Assembly (NCBI RefSeq): GCF_021298855.1
Contig: NZ_JAJTHI010000045.1
Span: 10,709-74,708 of the forward strand
Origin: Gemmatimonas sp.
GTDB lineage: Bacteria > Gemmatimonadota > Gemmatimonadetes > Gemmatimonadales > Gemmatimonadaceae
Direction: 5' to 3'
Length of the DNA stretch: 64,000 nt
Below the pieces are notes generated by a model, which was given only the letters and a program-made list of their open reading frames with translations, was not told where the DNA came from and made no database searches. Positions 19,585-30,002 of the stretch are shown here, piece by piece (the stretch's first letter is position 1; each line of letters starts with the position of its first letter). A program made the translations under genes and the position numbers.

Positions 19585-21216
19585 CTATCCGGCCCGCAGC
19601 ACCCGCCCCGTGCGGGCGAGATGCTGCCCGTCCCGAATGGCCACCACCCCATTCACGACCACGACGCGAATGCCCACCGGGTACTGAAACGGATTGGCGA
19701 ACGTGGCGCGATCGGCCACCGTGGCGGGGTCGAACACCACGGCATCACCCGCCATGCCCACCGCCAGCCGCCCGCGATCGCGCAGGTGCACCCGATCGGC
19801 GGGACGCGCCGTCATCTTGTGCATGGCATCGGCCAGCGGCAGCGCCTGGCGTTCCCGCACGAATCGACCGAGGACCCGCGGCATGGTACCCGCGCCGCGC
19901 GGATGGGGGCTGCCACGCCGTGTGGGGCCGTCAATCGCAAAGCCACCGCCATCGCTGCACACCATGCCGTACTCGTGCGCGAGCAGCTGGTCGATGTTCT
20001 CCTCGCTCATCGCGAAGCCCAGCATGCCCACATCCGCCTCGTTGCGGCGCAGCAACCCCACCGCGGCCTCGTAGGGATCCGCTCCCCGGGCACGAGCCCA
20101 GGCCCCGAGCCGCTGCCCTTCGGCATCACGATCGGCGGTGTTGCGCACCCGGGCGATCTGCACGTTGTCCCACCCGCCGATCATCTCCACCTTGCTCAGC
20201 GACTCGGACCGGATGCGGGGTGCCGTGGCGGAGTCGTCAAGCCGCTTGAGGAAGGCCGCATCCCCGCCGTCACGCGCCCACACCGGGAAGAGATTGGTGA
20301 GCCCCGTCTGGTAGGCCTCGTACGGGTACACATCGAACCACGCGTCGACACCGGCCGCGCGCGCGTCGCGCAGGCGCGCGAGCGAGGCCGTGAGCTTGGG
20401 CCAGTTGCGGGTGCCCTGCTGCTTGAGATGCGACAGCTGCAACGCGCAGGCTGCCCCACGCGCCACGGCGATGGACTCGTCGATGGCTTCGAGCAGCTGA
20501 TCATCTTCGTTGCGCATGTGGGTGGCGTACGGCAGCCCCCGTCGGGCGAGCGGACGACAGAGCGCCACGAGTTCATCGGTCGTGGCGAAGGCTCCGGGGG
20601 TGTATTCGAGTCCCGAGCTGGTGCCACAGGCGCCCTCCGACAACGCGCGCTCGACCATGGCCACCATACGGGCCAGCTCATCGGCGGTGGCGCGGCGGTC
20701 GGCCTCTCCCACGACGGCCCCGCGCACACTGCCCAGCCCGATCATGCTCGCCACGTTGACGGCCGGTGCCATGGCCGACACGTCGCGCTCCCAGTCGCTG
20801 AACGACCGGTCGGCGGCGCCGCTGAAGCGCGAGCTCCCGTCGGCGCCCACCACGACCGTGGTGATCCCCTGGCGAATGACCGACTCGGCGCGGGGATCCT
20901 CGCGCAGGCTGCTGTCGCCATGCGAGTGGATGTCCACGAAGCCCGGCGCCACCACCAGACCACGCGCATCGATCTCTTCGCGGCCGCGAACCGCCAGTCG
21001 TGGCGCCATGGCGGTGATGCGCCCGGCGCGCATGGCCACGTCCATCTCGCGGGCCGCCCCGCCCAACCCGTCGAAGACCGCGCCGCCGCGCAGCACCAGA
21101 TCGGGCGCCTGCCTCCCGGGCACATGAATGAAGGGCCCGACCGCACCCATCGCGGGCACGGCGCACGCCGCAGCCGTGCCCTGCACGAGGAACGCGCGGC
21201 GGGAGAGCGGCGTCAC
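19585..21216 (-). CDS. Tat-exported N-acyl-D-amino-acid deacylase family amidohydrolase
   Basis: SRRAFL signal; PGFVDIHSH, GITTVVVGADG, SSGLEY, HMRNE, SHLK, CSDG, HPRGAG. Confidence 0.88.
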   Translation of the reverse strand: MTPLSRRAFLVQGTAAACAVPAMGAVGPFIHVPGRQAPDLVLRGGAVFDGLGGAAREMDVAMRAGRITAMAPRLAVRGREEIDARGLVVAPGFVDIHSHGDSSLREDPRAESVIRQGITTVVVGADGSSRFSGAADRSFSDWERDVSAMAPAVNVASMIGLGSVRGAVVGEADRRATADELARMVAMVERALSEGACGTSSGLEYTPGAFATTDELVALCRPLARRGLPYATHMRNEDDQLLEAIDESIAVARGAACALQLSHLKQQGTRNWPKLTASLARLRDARAAGVDAWFDVYPYEAYQTGLTNLFPVWARDGGDAAFLKRLDDSATAPRIRSESLSKVEMIGGWDNVQIARVRNTADRDAEGQRLGAWARARGADPYEAAVGLLRRNEADVGMLGFAMSEENIDQLLAHEYGMVCSDGGGFAIDGPTRRGSPHPRGAGTMPRVLGRFVRERQALPLADAMHKMTARPADRVHLRDRGRLAVGMAGDAVVFDPATVADRATFANPFQYPVGIRVVVVNGVVAIRDGQHLARTGRVLRAG

Positions 21217-22931
21217 CGCTTCGCTCCCGGGCCAAGGACGACACGGCCTGGGGTAGCCCCCGTATGCTCACCCGCCCTCAGCACCGGCACCCCGTTCACG
21301 AACACATCACGCACGCCCGTGGCGTACTGGTGCGGCTGCTCGAAGGTGGCGTTGTCCCGGATGGTTCGGGGGTCGAACACCACCACGTCGGCGTGGTACC
21401 CGGGCTTGAGCCAGCCGCGCCGGGCAATGCGCAGGTTGGTGGCGGGCAGGCTCGTGAGTCGGCGAATGCCCTCCTGCAGCGTGAGCACCTGCTCGTCGCG
21501 CACGTACTTGCCCAGAAAGCGCGCGAAGGTGCCGTACGCTCGCGGGTGTGTGTTGCTCTTGAGAAACGCGCCTTCGGTGGCCATGGAGGCCGCATCGGAG
21601 CCCACACTCACCCACGGCTTGCGCAGCTGCGCGGCGATGTTGTCCTCGTTGATGATGAAGTAGATGGTGCCCACACGCGTGCCGTCCTTCACCACCAGAT
21701 CCATGGCCGTTTCTTCGGGCGACGTGCCGCGCAGCTTGGCCACGGCCGCGAGGGTCTTGCCCGTGTACTGCTTGAGCGAATCCGCCTTGAATCCCGCCAG
21801 CACGACGCGCTCCGGCGAACCGGCCGCCAACAGCAGGCTCTCCCACTGGTCCGTTGGCGTGCGCATTTCCTGCGCCACCTTCCGGCGAATGGCCGGGTCC
21901 TGCAATCGCTTCGCCCACGCGGCGTACCCGCCCTCCTGCACCCAGGGCGGCATGGCGGCGTCGAGTCCGGTGGCACCTGCGGTGTAGGGGTAGATGTCGG
22001 CGGTGATCTCGAGCCCCGCGGCCCGTGCCGAATCGATGCGCGCCAACACCCCCGCCATCTTCGGCCAGTTGGCCTCGCCCGCCGCCTTGAGATGATAGAT
22101 CTCGGCGCGCGCGCCACTCTCACGGGCAATGGTCAGGAGCTCCTCGACCGCCTCCTCGAAGCGCACTCCTTCGCTGCGCAAATGGGAGATGTACATGCCC
22201 CCGTACGGAGCGGCGGCCTTCATGAGCGCCACCAGTTCAGGGGTCTTCGCGTAGAACGCCGGCGCGTAGATGAGGGAGGAGCCCACACCCAGCGCGCCCT
22301 CCTCCATGGCCGTCCGCACATCGGCCTGCATGGCCGCCAACTCCGCCGGCGTGGGTTCACGATTGTCCCACCCCACGTGATTGATGCGGATGGTGGTGGC
22401 TCCCACGAACGACGCGATGTTGGTGCTGATCCCCTTCTTCACGAGGGAGTCCTGATAGCCACGCAGCGTGCGCCAGGTGATGGGATACCTGATGTCCCCC
22501 TGCTGCGACAGCATCTCGGCTCGCAGGGTATCGGAGAGCGGTCCCATGGACTCGCCCTCCCCCATCACCTCGAGCGTGACGCCCTGGCGAATGTCCCCCT
22601 GACTGCGGCCGTCCTCGATGAGCGATTCGGTGGCCCAGCTGAGCATGTTGATGAAACCGGGCGCCACGGCAAGCCCCGTGGCATCCACCTCCAGCTGCCC
22701 CTTCTCGGGCACCGTGCCCACCGCCACGATGGAGTCGCCGCGGATGGCCACGTCGGCCGTCATCGGGGCGCCTCCCGATCCATCGTAGACCGTGCCGCCG
22801 CGAATCACGACATCATAGGCCGGCTTCCCTCCGCAGGCGGAGGCCAGCGCCAGGGCACAGCCAAGCGGCACAGCTCGCCACAGGCGACGCCATGTCGCGT
22901 GGCAAACGGGAGAGAGGCGAAGTCGACGCAT
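21213..22931 (-). CDS. Lipoprotein N-acyl-D-amino-acid deacylase family amidohydrolase
   Basis: LASAC lipobox; YDVVIRGG, PGFINMLSW, GSSLIY, HLRSEG, YHLK, GSDA, HPRAYG; GTGA overlap with next gene. Confidence 0.88.
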   Translation of the reverse strand: MRRLRLSPVCHATWRRLWRAVPLGCALALASACGGKPAYDVVIRGGTVYDGSGGAPMTADVAIRGDSIVAVGTVPEKGQLEVDATGLAVAPGFINMLSWATESLIEDGRSQGDIRQGVTLEVMGEGESMGPLSDTLRAEMLSQQGDIRYPITWRTLRGYQDSLVKKGISTNIASFVGATTIRINHVGWDNREPTPAELAAMQADVRTAMEEGALGVGSSLIYAPAFYAKTPELVALMKAAAPYGGMYISHLRSEGVRFEEAVEELLTIARESGARAEIYHLKAAGEANWPKMAGVLARIDSARAAGLEITADIYPYTAGATGLDAAMPPWVQEGGYAAWAKRLQDPAIRRKVAQEMRTPTDQWESLLLAAGSPERVVLAGFKADSLKQYTGKTLAAVAKLRGTSPEETAMDLVVKDGTRVGTIYFIINEDNIAAQLRKPWVSVGSDAASMATEGAFLKSNTHPRAYGTFARFLGKYVRDEQVLTLQEGIRRLTSLPATNLRIARRGWLKPGYHADVVVFDPRTIRDNATFEQPHQYATGVRDVFVNGVPVLRAGEHTGATPGRVVLGPGAKR

Positions 22932-23057
22932 CGAAAATCCCGGGGAATCGGGTGGAATCCATAGGTTGTCCAGCGGTGCAGGAACTTGGCGCGTAGTTGA
23001 TCGCGGCGTTAGGCTCACCGAACGCCCCGGCTTGCTCCCCGCATCCCCACTGTCGCC

Positions 23058-24632
23058 ATGAGTACTCCAGCCGTCTCCGCTCCACAGGGCGAGAGCCCGG
23101 CCCTGCTGGCCGCCTGGCACGAGGATCTTCCCGCCTCCGTGGTCGTCTTTCTCGTGGCGCTGCCCCTCTGCCTCGGCGTCGCTCTCGCCTCGGGCGCCCC
23201 GCTGCTCTCCGGTGTCGTGGCAGGGATCGTGGGCGGCATCGTGGTGGGGGCTGCGTCGGGATCGCCGCTCATGGTGAGCGGCCCGGCGGCCGGGCTCACC
23301 GCCATCGTGCTCGCCGGCATTACCCAGGTGGGGGGCTTCCCGCGTTTTCTGCCGGCCGTGATTCTGGGCGGCGCCATGCAGGTGGCGCTGGGTGCGGCGC
23401 GTGCCGGCGTCATCGGGTACTACTTCCCTTCGAGCGTCATCAAGGGCATGCTGGCCGCCATCGGGCTCACGCTCATTCTCAAGCAGATTCCGCACGCGGT
23501 GGGATACGACGCCGATTACGAGGGCGACTTCGCCTTCGTGGGCGCGTCGGGTGAGAACACCTTCGGCGCCATTGGCTCCGCGCTGGCTCAGGTGCAACCC
23601 GGCGCCATCGCCGTGGCCTGCATCGGTGTGGCCCTCATGGTATGGTGGCCGCGCTCCCCCATGAAGCAGATCCGACTCCTTCCGGCTCCCCTCGCGGCCG
23701 TCGCCATTGGCGTGGGGCTCAATGAGTTGCTGCTGGCGCTGGAGCCGACCTTTGCCATTCGCGGGACGCACCTGGTGACCCTGCCCACCACCGGCGTGGG
23801 GGGTGTGCTGTCGCAGATCGCGCGTCCCGACTGGAGCGCCCTGCGTGACCAGCAGGTGTGGATGCTGGCGGCGACGCTGGGCATCGTGGCCAGCCTCGAG
23901 TCCCTGCTCAGTCTCGAGGCCACCAACAAGCTCGACCCGGACAAGCGCGACGCCCCCGCGAACCGTGAGCTGTTCGCACAGGGGATCGGCAACATGCTCT
24001 CCGGCTTTCTGGGCGGGCTTCCGGTCACCGGGGTCATCGTGCGCAGTTCCGCCAACGTGGATGCCGGTGCGCGTTCGCGTCTCTCGGCCATCGCGCACGG
24101 CGTGTGGCTCATCATCGCGGTGCTGGCGCTCGCCCCGGTGCTCAACCGCATTCCGCTGGCGGCGCTGGCCGCCGTGCTGCTCGTGACCGGCTTCAAGCTC
24201 ACCACGCCGTCCCTCTGGAAGAGCGCGTGGCGGCTGGGGTGGTCGCATTTCATTCCGTTCGCCGTCACCATCGTGGCCATCCTGTTCACCGACCTGCTGC
24301 GCGGCATTGCCGTGGGGTTGGTGGTGGGCATCGGGTTCATCATTGCGGAGCACATGCGTCGGCCGGCCCTTACCAAGGTGAGCCCGCCCGGCGCCGTGCT
24401 CACGCGCTACGTGCTCCCCGATCAGGTCACGTTCCTCAGCAAGTCGAACCTCATGCAGACGCTCGACGCGCTGCCGGCCGGATGTCGCGTGGAGATCGAT
24501 GGGCGCAAGACAACGCGCTTCGACTACGACGCGCTCGAAGCGCTGCTCGAGTTCCGCGACACCGCACGCTCCCGCAACATCGACTACCGGCTCGTGGGCA
24601 TTCCCGAGACCGCCCTCACGCCTGCCCACTGA
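23058..24632 (+). CDS. SulP family anion (probable bicarbonate) transporter with STAS domain
   Basis: DLPASVVVFLVALPLCLGVA, VSGPAAG, RELFAQGIGN, VIVRSSAN. Confidence 0.95.
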   Translation: MSTPAVSAPQGESPALLAAWHEDLPASVVVFLVALPLCLGVALASGAPLLSGVVAGIVGGIVVGAASGSPLMVSGPAAGLTAIVLAGITQVGGFPRFLPAVILGGAMQVALGAARAGVIGYYFPSSVIKGMLAAIGLTLILKQIPHAVGYDADYEGDFAFVGASGENTFGAIGSALAQVQPGAIAVACIGVALMVWWPRSPMKQIRLLPAPLAAVAIGVGLNELLLALEPTFAIRGTHLVTLPTTGVGGVLSQIARPDWSALRDQQVWMLAATLGIVASLESLLSLEATNKLDPDKRDAPANRELFAQGIGNMLSGFLGGLPVTGVIVRSSANVDAGARSRLSAIAHGVWLIIAVLALAPVLNRIPLAALAAVLLVTGFKLTTPSLWKSAWRLGWSHFIPFAVTIVAILFTDLLRGIAVGLVVGIGFIIAEHMRRPALTKVSPPGAVLTRYVLPDQVTFLSKSNLMQTLDALPAGCRVEIDGRKTTRFDYDALEALLEFRDTARSRNIDYRLVGIPETALTPAH

Positions 24633-24643
24633 CCGGATCGGCC

Positions 24644-25417
24644 ATGGAAAACTTCCGCAAGATCATTCAGCACAACCGCGAATGGGCGGCGGCCATGAAG
24701 GCGGCCGATCCGGACTACTTCGAGAAGCGGGCGGCGAAGCAGGAACCGCAATTCCTCTATATCGGCTGCTCCGACAGTCGCGTGCCTGCCAACGTGGTGA
24801 CGGGCACGGAGCCGGGCGAGCTCTTCGTGCACCGCAACATCGCCAACGTGGTGCTCCCGAGCGACCTCAACGCCATGAGCGTGCTGCAGTACGCCGTGGA
24901 GGTGCTCGACGTGAAGCACGTGATCGTGACCGGTCACTACAACTGCGGCGGCGTGAAGGCCGCCATGGGCACCGCCAGCTACGGGCTCGTGGACCTGTGG
25001 CTGCAGCCCATCCGCAACGTGGTGCGCTGGAACCGGCCGGAGCTCATGCAGATCGAGGATGAGCAGGCGCGGTTCGACCGCGTGGTGGAGCTCAACGTGC
25101 TGGAGCAGCTCTATCACCTGTCGGAAACGCCCATCGTGCAGAATGCGTGGGCCAAGGGGAAGCGCCCCCTGCTGCACGGCCTGGTGTACGACATCCACGA
25201 AGGGCTGCTGCGGGAGATCGCCACCGGCGTGGACTGCCAGGAGGCGGCCGATGCATTGGCGCAGCGGCGTCAGTCGGGGGTGCCGGCCGGCCCGCCGCCC
25301 ATCCTCGGGCGCATGTCCACGCCGGTGCTGGCTGGTGACGAGTTGGCGGACCAGATCGCGCAGCGTGTGATGGAACGCCTGTCGCGGCCAGGCGCGTCCG
25401 GCGGTCCGTCGAAGTAA
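24644..25417 (+). CDS. can: Beta-class carbonic anhydrase with C-terminal extension
   Basis: IGCSDSRVP, FVHRNIAN, LQYAV, GHYNCGG. Confidence 0.95.
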   Translation: MENFRKIIQHNREWAAAMKAADPDYFEKRAAKQEPQFLYIGCSDSRVPANVVTGTEPGELFVHRNIANVVLPSDLNAMSVLQYAVEVLDVKHVIVTGHYNCGGVKAAMGTASYGLVDLWLQPIRNVVRWNRPELMQIEDEQARFDRVVELNVLEQLYHLSETPIVQNAWAKGKRPLLHGLVYDIHEGLLREIATGVDCQEAADALAQRRQSGVPAGPPPILGRMSTPVLAGDELADQIAQRVMERLSRPGASGGPSK

Positions 25418-25425
25418 GTTGGGGC

Positions 25426-25908
25426 ATGCCCAAGATTCCTTCTCCGTTCAAGGCGCTCCCCATGGAGCGTCGGCAGTGGCTGGTGCTGCAGGCCCTGGCC
25501 AGGCACAAGAGCGCGAAAGCGCTGTACGCACAACGCATCGCGGCCAAGGGCGGCGGCTTCCGCGCGTCGACACTCGTCTCATGGCCCGCCGACAAGGTGG
25601 GCAAGGAAGCGCTCCGGCTGGGCGCCCTGACGCCGCAGGATGAACTGGAGCTCCTCCAGCTGCTCTACGTCGATCTCGAGCCGCAGTACCAGATCACGTT
25701 CCTCGACACCATGGGTGTGGCCCATGAGAACGGGGTGCTCCCCGAGGATCTGGAAGCGCCCTATGCCGACGCCGATGCCGTGAAGAAGGGCGCCGAGGCG
25801 GTGCTCGCCGCGCACGGTGACGCGGGTCGTCACTACCTGCGCACGCTCGTGGTGTACAACCTGGCGGCGTGGCCTGGGCTGGACCGCGTGGTGCCGGCCG
25901 AGGGCTGA
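25426..25908 (+). CDS. Conserved hypothetical protein (160 aa)
   Basis: GC-typical codon usage; FLDTMGVAHENG..YLRTL..W pattern; TAAGTT-N5-ATG start. Confidence 0.75.
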   Translation: MPKIPSPFKALPMERRQWLVLQALARHKSAKALYAQRIAAKGGGFRASTLVSWPADKVGKEALRLGALTPQDELELLQLLYVDLEPQYQITFLDTMGVAHENGVLPEDLEAPYADADAVKKGAEAVLAAHGDAGRHYLRTLVVYNLAAWPGLDRVVPAEG

Positions 25909-25910
25909 GG

Positions 25911-25936
25911 TCGGGATGCGCGTCAGCGCATCCCGA
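25911..25936. terminator. Hairpin between convergent hypothetical gene and ffh
   Basis: 11-bp stem TCGGGATGCGC/GCGCATCCCGA, with the ffh stop codon in the loop. Confidence 0.55.
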
Positions 25937-27281
25937 ACATCCCACCACCGCCGAAGGGGAGGCGCGGCATGCCGCCTTTGCCGCCACCCTGCATGCCGCC
26001 CATCTTCTTCATCATCTTCTGCATCTCGCGGAACTGCTCGAGCAGGCGGTTGACCTCGTTCACCGGCCGCCCGCACCCCTTGGCAATGCGCGCGCGGCGT
26101 GATCCGTTGATGATCTCGGGCTTCTTCCGCTCCTGCGGCGTCATGGAGAGCACGATGGCCTCGATGTGCTTCATGCGCTTGGGGTCCATCTTCACGTCCT
26201 TCAGCATCTTCGAGTTCACCCCGGGCAACAGCTTGAGGAGATTCTCGAAGGGCCCCAGCTTCTGCATCTGGCGCATGGCCGACAGGAAGTCCTCGAGGTC
26301 CATGCCTTCCTTGCGGACCTTCTTCTCGAGCTTCTTGGCCTCGGTTTCGTCGAACGCTTCCTGCGCCTTTTCCACGAGCGACACGATGTCGCCCATCTGC
26401 AGGATGCGGCCGGCCATGCGCTCGGGGTGGAACTCCTCGAGCGCGTCGGGCTTCTCGCCCACCCCGATGTACTTGATGGGCTTCTTGAGCACCCCGTAAA
26501 TCGAGAGCGCCGCACCGCCGCGGGCGTCACCGTCGAGCTTCGTGAGGATCACGCCCGTGATATCGAGCGCCTCGTTGAAGCCCTGCGCGATCTTGACCGC
26601 TTCCTGACCGGTCATGCCGTCGGCCACGAACAGGATTTCGTCGGGCTTGATCGCCGCCTTGAGCCGCTTGAGCTCGTCCATCATGTCGGCGTCGATCTGC
26701 AGGCGACCGGCGGTGTCCACGATGACCACCCGATCGCGGTTGCGGGTGCCCTGCTCAATGCCCGCCTTGGCGATCTTCACCACATCCTGCGTGGTGCGAT
26801 CCGCATAGACCGGCACGTCGAGGGCCTTGCCGAGCGTCTCGAGCTGATCGATGGCGGCCGGCCGGTACACGTCGGCCGCCACCAGCCGAGAACTCTTGGC
26901 CTCGAGCTTGAGCTTGCGGGCCAGCTTGCCGGCGGTGGTGGTTTTGCCCGACCCCTGCAACCCGACCATCATGATGATGGTGGGAGGCACGGTGCTCATG
27001 CGCAGCCCCTCGCGCCGTTCGCCCAGCATGGCGGTGAGCTCGTCGTGCACGATCTTCACCAACTGCTGCGCCGGCTGCACCGTCTTGAGCTGCAGCACGC
27101 CGACCGCCTGCTTCTCCACCCGCTCCAGGAACTCGCGGGTGAGGGCGAAGTTGACGTCGGCCTCGAGCAGGACGCGGCGGACCTCGCGCATCCCCTCCTT
27201 GATATCGGACTCGGTCAGGACGCCTCGTCCGCGCAGCTTGGCGAAGACGTTGCCGAGTTTGTCTGTGAGCTCGTCGAACAT
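25923..27281 (-). CDS. ffh: Signal recognition particle protein
   Basis: MFDELTDKL, LLEADV, GLQGSGKTTT, DTAGR, TKLDGDARGG, Met-rich M domain. Confidence 0.98.
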   Translation of the reverse strand: MFDELTDKLGNVFAKLRGRGVLTESDIKEGMREVRRVLLEADVNFALTREFLERVEKQAVGVLQLKTVQPAQQLVKIVHDELTAMLGERREGLRMSTVPPTIIMMVGLQGSGKTTTAGKLARKLKLEAKSSRLVAADVYRPAAIDQLETLGKALDVPVYADRTTQDVVKIAKAGIEQGTRNRDRVVIVDTAGRLQIDADMMDELKRLKAAIKPDEILFVADGMTGQEAVKIAQGFNEALDITGVILTKLDGDARGGAALSIYGVLKKPIKYIGVGEKPDALEEFHPERMAGRILQMGDIVSLVEKAQEAFDETEAKKLEKKVRKEGMDLEDFLSAMRQMQKLGPFENLLKLLPGVNSKMLKDVKMDPKRMKHIEAIVLSMTPQERKKPEIINGSRRARIAKGCGRPVNEVNRLLEQFREMQKMMKKMGGMQGGGKGGMPRLPFGGGGMFGMR

Positions 27282-27405
27282 AGACGGGAAAGGTAATCGA
27301 TCCGGGAGGCTGGCGGACCCACGGCCGCCCCTGACGCATTCCCGGCGCGTCCGTGCCCCCGGGCACCGCATTTTCTCCCGGGGGGTGACGGAGAGGGCCA
27401 CCGGT

Positions 27406-27459
27406 GACGCAACTTGCGTCGGAATCACGCGTTGCTCCCGTTTTTCGGCGCCCTAGATT
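27406..27459 (+). promoter_or_regulatory. Putative lon promoter with upstream palindrome
   Basis: TTGCTC-N16-TAGATT (27432-27459); perfect GACGCAA-C-TTGCGTC at 27406-27420. Confidence 0.45.
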
Positions 27460-27536
27460 GGCCCGCTCCCGGATCACGCTGTCACTCTTCCTGCCAGCCC
27501 GTGTCTTCACAGAACCCGCGGTACCCTGCCATCACG

Positions 27537-29987
27537 ATGCCTCGCGGACAGCGCAAGGAGGAAATCCTCCGGGCCGAGCTGCCGCCATCGCTCCCGCTCA
27601 TGGCCCTGCGCTCCACGCTCGTCTACCCGCTGGGAACGATCGCCGTGCAGATGGGGGCCCCCGAAAACCTGGCGCTGCTGCGGGCACACGAGGAATCGGG
27701 GCTGGTAGTGGCTCTGGTGGTGGCCTCCGGTGACGGGGACGACGCCATCGACCCGCAGCGGTTCGTGGGGCGGGTGGGGGTGGCGGCGCGTGTCCACGAG
27801 CGCATCAACCTGCCCGGGGAAACGGTGCAGATCACGCTGCAGGGGCTCCGCCGCATCACGATCGACGCCATCGATCAGGTGCAACCGTTCGCCATCGCGC
27901 GGGTGCAGGGCGCCCGGGAAACGCCCCCCGATCCGGCCGAACTCGACGAGCTGGTGGCGCGCACGGTCACCGCCGCCGAAACGCTCGCCGAGCTGGTCGA
28001 TCGCATTCCCAACGAGGTGCCGCAGATCCTCAAGATGAACGTCTCCGACCCGGGACGCTTCGCCGATCTCGCCGCCACCAACATGAACCTGCGCATCGCC
28101 GACAAGGAGGAGGTGCTGCAGCGCCTCGACATCGGCCAGCGCATCCGCTTCATCCTCTCGCGCCTCGAGCGCGAGGTGGCGCGCGCCCGTGTCATGGAGG
28201 ACGTGAAGAAGCAGACGGAAATCAAGATCGAGCAGCACCAGCGCGAGTTCTACCTGCGCCAGCAGCTGCGCGCCATTCAGTCCGAGCTGGGCGAGGCGGA
28301 TCCGAACGAAAAGGAGTCGGTGGACCTGCTGCGCCGCATCGACGAGGCGCACCTGCCGGAGAAGGTCGCCGCCGAGGCACGTCGCGAGACGGAACGCCTG
28401 CGCATGCTGTCGCCCGCCTCGAGCGAGTACCAGGTGCTTCGCACCTATCTGGACTGGGTGCTGGCGTTGCCGTGGCACACGCGCAGCGGCAACGACGAGG
28501 AGATTCTGCTCGCCAAGGTGGAAGACGCGCTCGAAGAGCGGCACTACGGCCTCGATGAAGCCAAGGAGCGCATCATCGAGTACCTCGCCGTCCGCAAGCT
28601 GCGGGGCGGCGATCCCACGGGCCCCATTCTCTGCCTCGTGGGGCCTCCGGGCACGGGCAAGACCTCACTGGGCGAGGCGATTGCCAAGAGCATCGGCCGC
28701 GCCTTCTACCGCATCTCCGTGGGTGGCGTACGCGATGAGGCGGAGATTCGCGGACATCGGCGCACCTACGTGGGTGCCATGCCGGGCATGCTCATCCAGG
28801 CGCTCCGGCGCGTGGAGGTGCGCGATCCGGTCATCATGATCGACGAAATCGACAAGATGTCGAGCGGCGGGCCCTCCGGAGATCCCACCGCGGCCATGCT
28901 CGAGGTGCTCGACCCGTCGCAGAACACGACGTTCGTCGACCACTACCTGAATCTGCCCTTCGACCTGTCGAGCACCCTGTTCATCTGCACCGCCAACAAT
29001 CTGTTCGATATCCCGGGGCCGCTGCGCGACCGCATGGAGGTCATCCGCATCGCCGGCTACACCATCGAGGAGAAGGTGGAGATCGCGCAGCGCTATCTCA
29101 TTCCGCGCCTGCTCGATGACCACGGGCTCACCCCGGAAGACCTGCATTTCTCCGAGACGGTGCTGGGCTTCATCACCAGTCGCTACTCACGCGAGGCCGG
29201 GCTGCGCACGTTCGAGCGCAGCATCGCCACCCTCATGCGCAAGCGGGCCCGCGCCAAGGCCGATGGCGACGAGAGCACCTGGGAGATCGGTGCCGCGCGG
29301 GCCGAGGAGCTGCTGGGACCGCCGCGCTTCACGCAGGAGGAAGCCGAGAAGGAGCCGGAGATCGGCGCCGTGACCGGCCTGGCGTGGACGGCCACCGGTG
29401 GTGAACTGATGACCATCGAAGCCCTGCGCATGCCGGGCGTGGGCAAGCTCACCGTGACCGGGCAACTGGGCGACGTGATGCGGGAGTCCACCGAGGCTGC
29501 CTATTCGTTCGTTCGCTCGCGTGCCGCCACCCTCAGCATTGCCGATGCGGAATTCCGCGAGAGCGACATGCACCTGCACTTCCCCGCCGGCGCCGTGCCC
29601 AAGGATGGTCCGTCCGCCGGCATCGCCGTCACGCTCGCTCTGGCCAGCGCCCTGTCGAGACGGCCGGTACGGCGCGACCTGGCGCTGACCGGCGAAGTCA
29701 CACTGCGCGGCAAGGTGCTGGAGATCGGTGGCGTGAAGGAGAAGGTGCTGGCGGCCTATCGGGCCGGACTGCGCGAAGTCATTCTGCCCAAGGGGAACGA
29801 GAAAGACGTGCGCGATGTCCCGCAGGAGGTGCGCGAGAAGATGGCGTTCACCTTTGCCAGCACGATGGACGAGGTGCTGCATCTCGCGCTGCTGCCACAC
29901 CCGGCCAGGCACCCGGCCGATCAGGTGGAGCGCCGCGCCACGCCGACCGGCCGCAAATCGCGGGCGGTACCTGCCGACTTGCGCTGA
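27537..29987 (+). CDS. lon: ATP-dependent Lon protease
   Basis: LON N-domain, [38 protein letters not shown]. Confidence 0.97.
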   Translation: MPRGQRKEEILRAELPPSLPLMALRSTLVYPLGTIAVQMGAPENLALLRAHEESGLVVALVVASGDGDDAIDPQRFVGRVGVAARVHERINLPGETVQITLQGLRRITIDAIDQVQPFAIARVQGARETPPDPAELDELVARTVTAAETLAELVDRIPNEVPQILKMNVSDPGRFADLAATNMNLRIADKEEVLQRLDIGQRIRFILSRLEREVARARVMEDVKKQTEIKIEQHQREFYLRQQLRAIQSELGEADPNEKESVDLLRRIDEAHLPEKVAAEARRETERLRMLSPASSEYQVLRTYLDWVLALPWHTRSGNDEEILLAKVEDALEERHYGLDEAKERIIEYLAVRKLRGGDPTGPILCLVGPPGTGKTSLGEAIAKSIGRAFYRISVGGVRDEAEIRGHRRTYVGAMPGMLIQALRRVEVRDPVIMIDEIDKMSSGGPSGDPTAAMLEVLDPSQNTTFVDHYLNLPFDLSSTLFICTANNLFDIPGPLRDRMEVIRIAGYTIEEKVEIAQRYLIPRLLDDHGLTPEDLHFSETVLGFITSRYSREAGLRTFERSIATLMRKRARAKADGDESTWEIGAARAEELLGPPRFTQEEAEKEPEIGAVTGLAWTATGGELMTIEALRMPGVGKLTVTGQLGDVMRESTEAAYSFVRSRAATLSIADAEFRESDMHLHFPAGAVPKDGPSAGIAVTLALASALSRRPVRRDLALTGEVTLRGKVLEIGGVKEKVLAAYRAGLREVILPKGNEKDVRDVPQEVREKMAFTFASTMDEVLHLALLPHPARHPADQVERRATPTGRKSRAVPADLR

Positions 29988-30002
29988 CCGGTGGTCGGCC
30001 GG

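Noticed and set aside
22936-22960. AATC repeated three times at 10-bp spacing, and GTGGAAT also twice upstream of icd
   Set aside because: Too short and without symmetry; cannot be separated from chance by eye
21213-24629. 1138-aa ORF suggesting a deacylase fusion
   Set aside because: The extension is the antisense of sulP; the signal peptide and lipobox start at 22931
24104-25417. Possible SulP-carbonic anhydrase fusion or frameshift
   Set aside because: sulP ends cleanly at 24632 and can has its own ATG at 24644 with a normal N-terminus
27282-27536. SRP RNA (ffs) or riboswitch next to ffh
   Set aside because: No conserved helix-8 sequence or recognisable aptamer motif found
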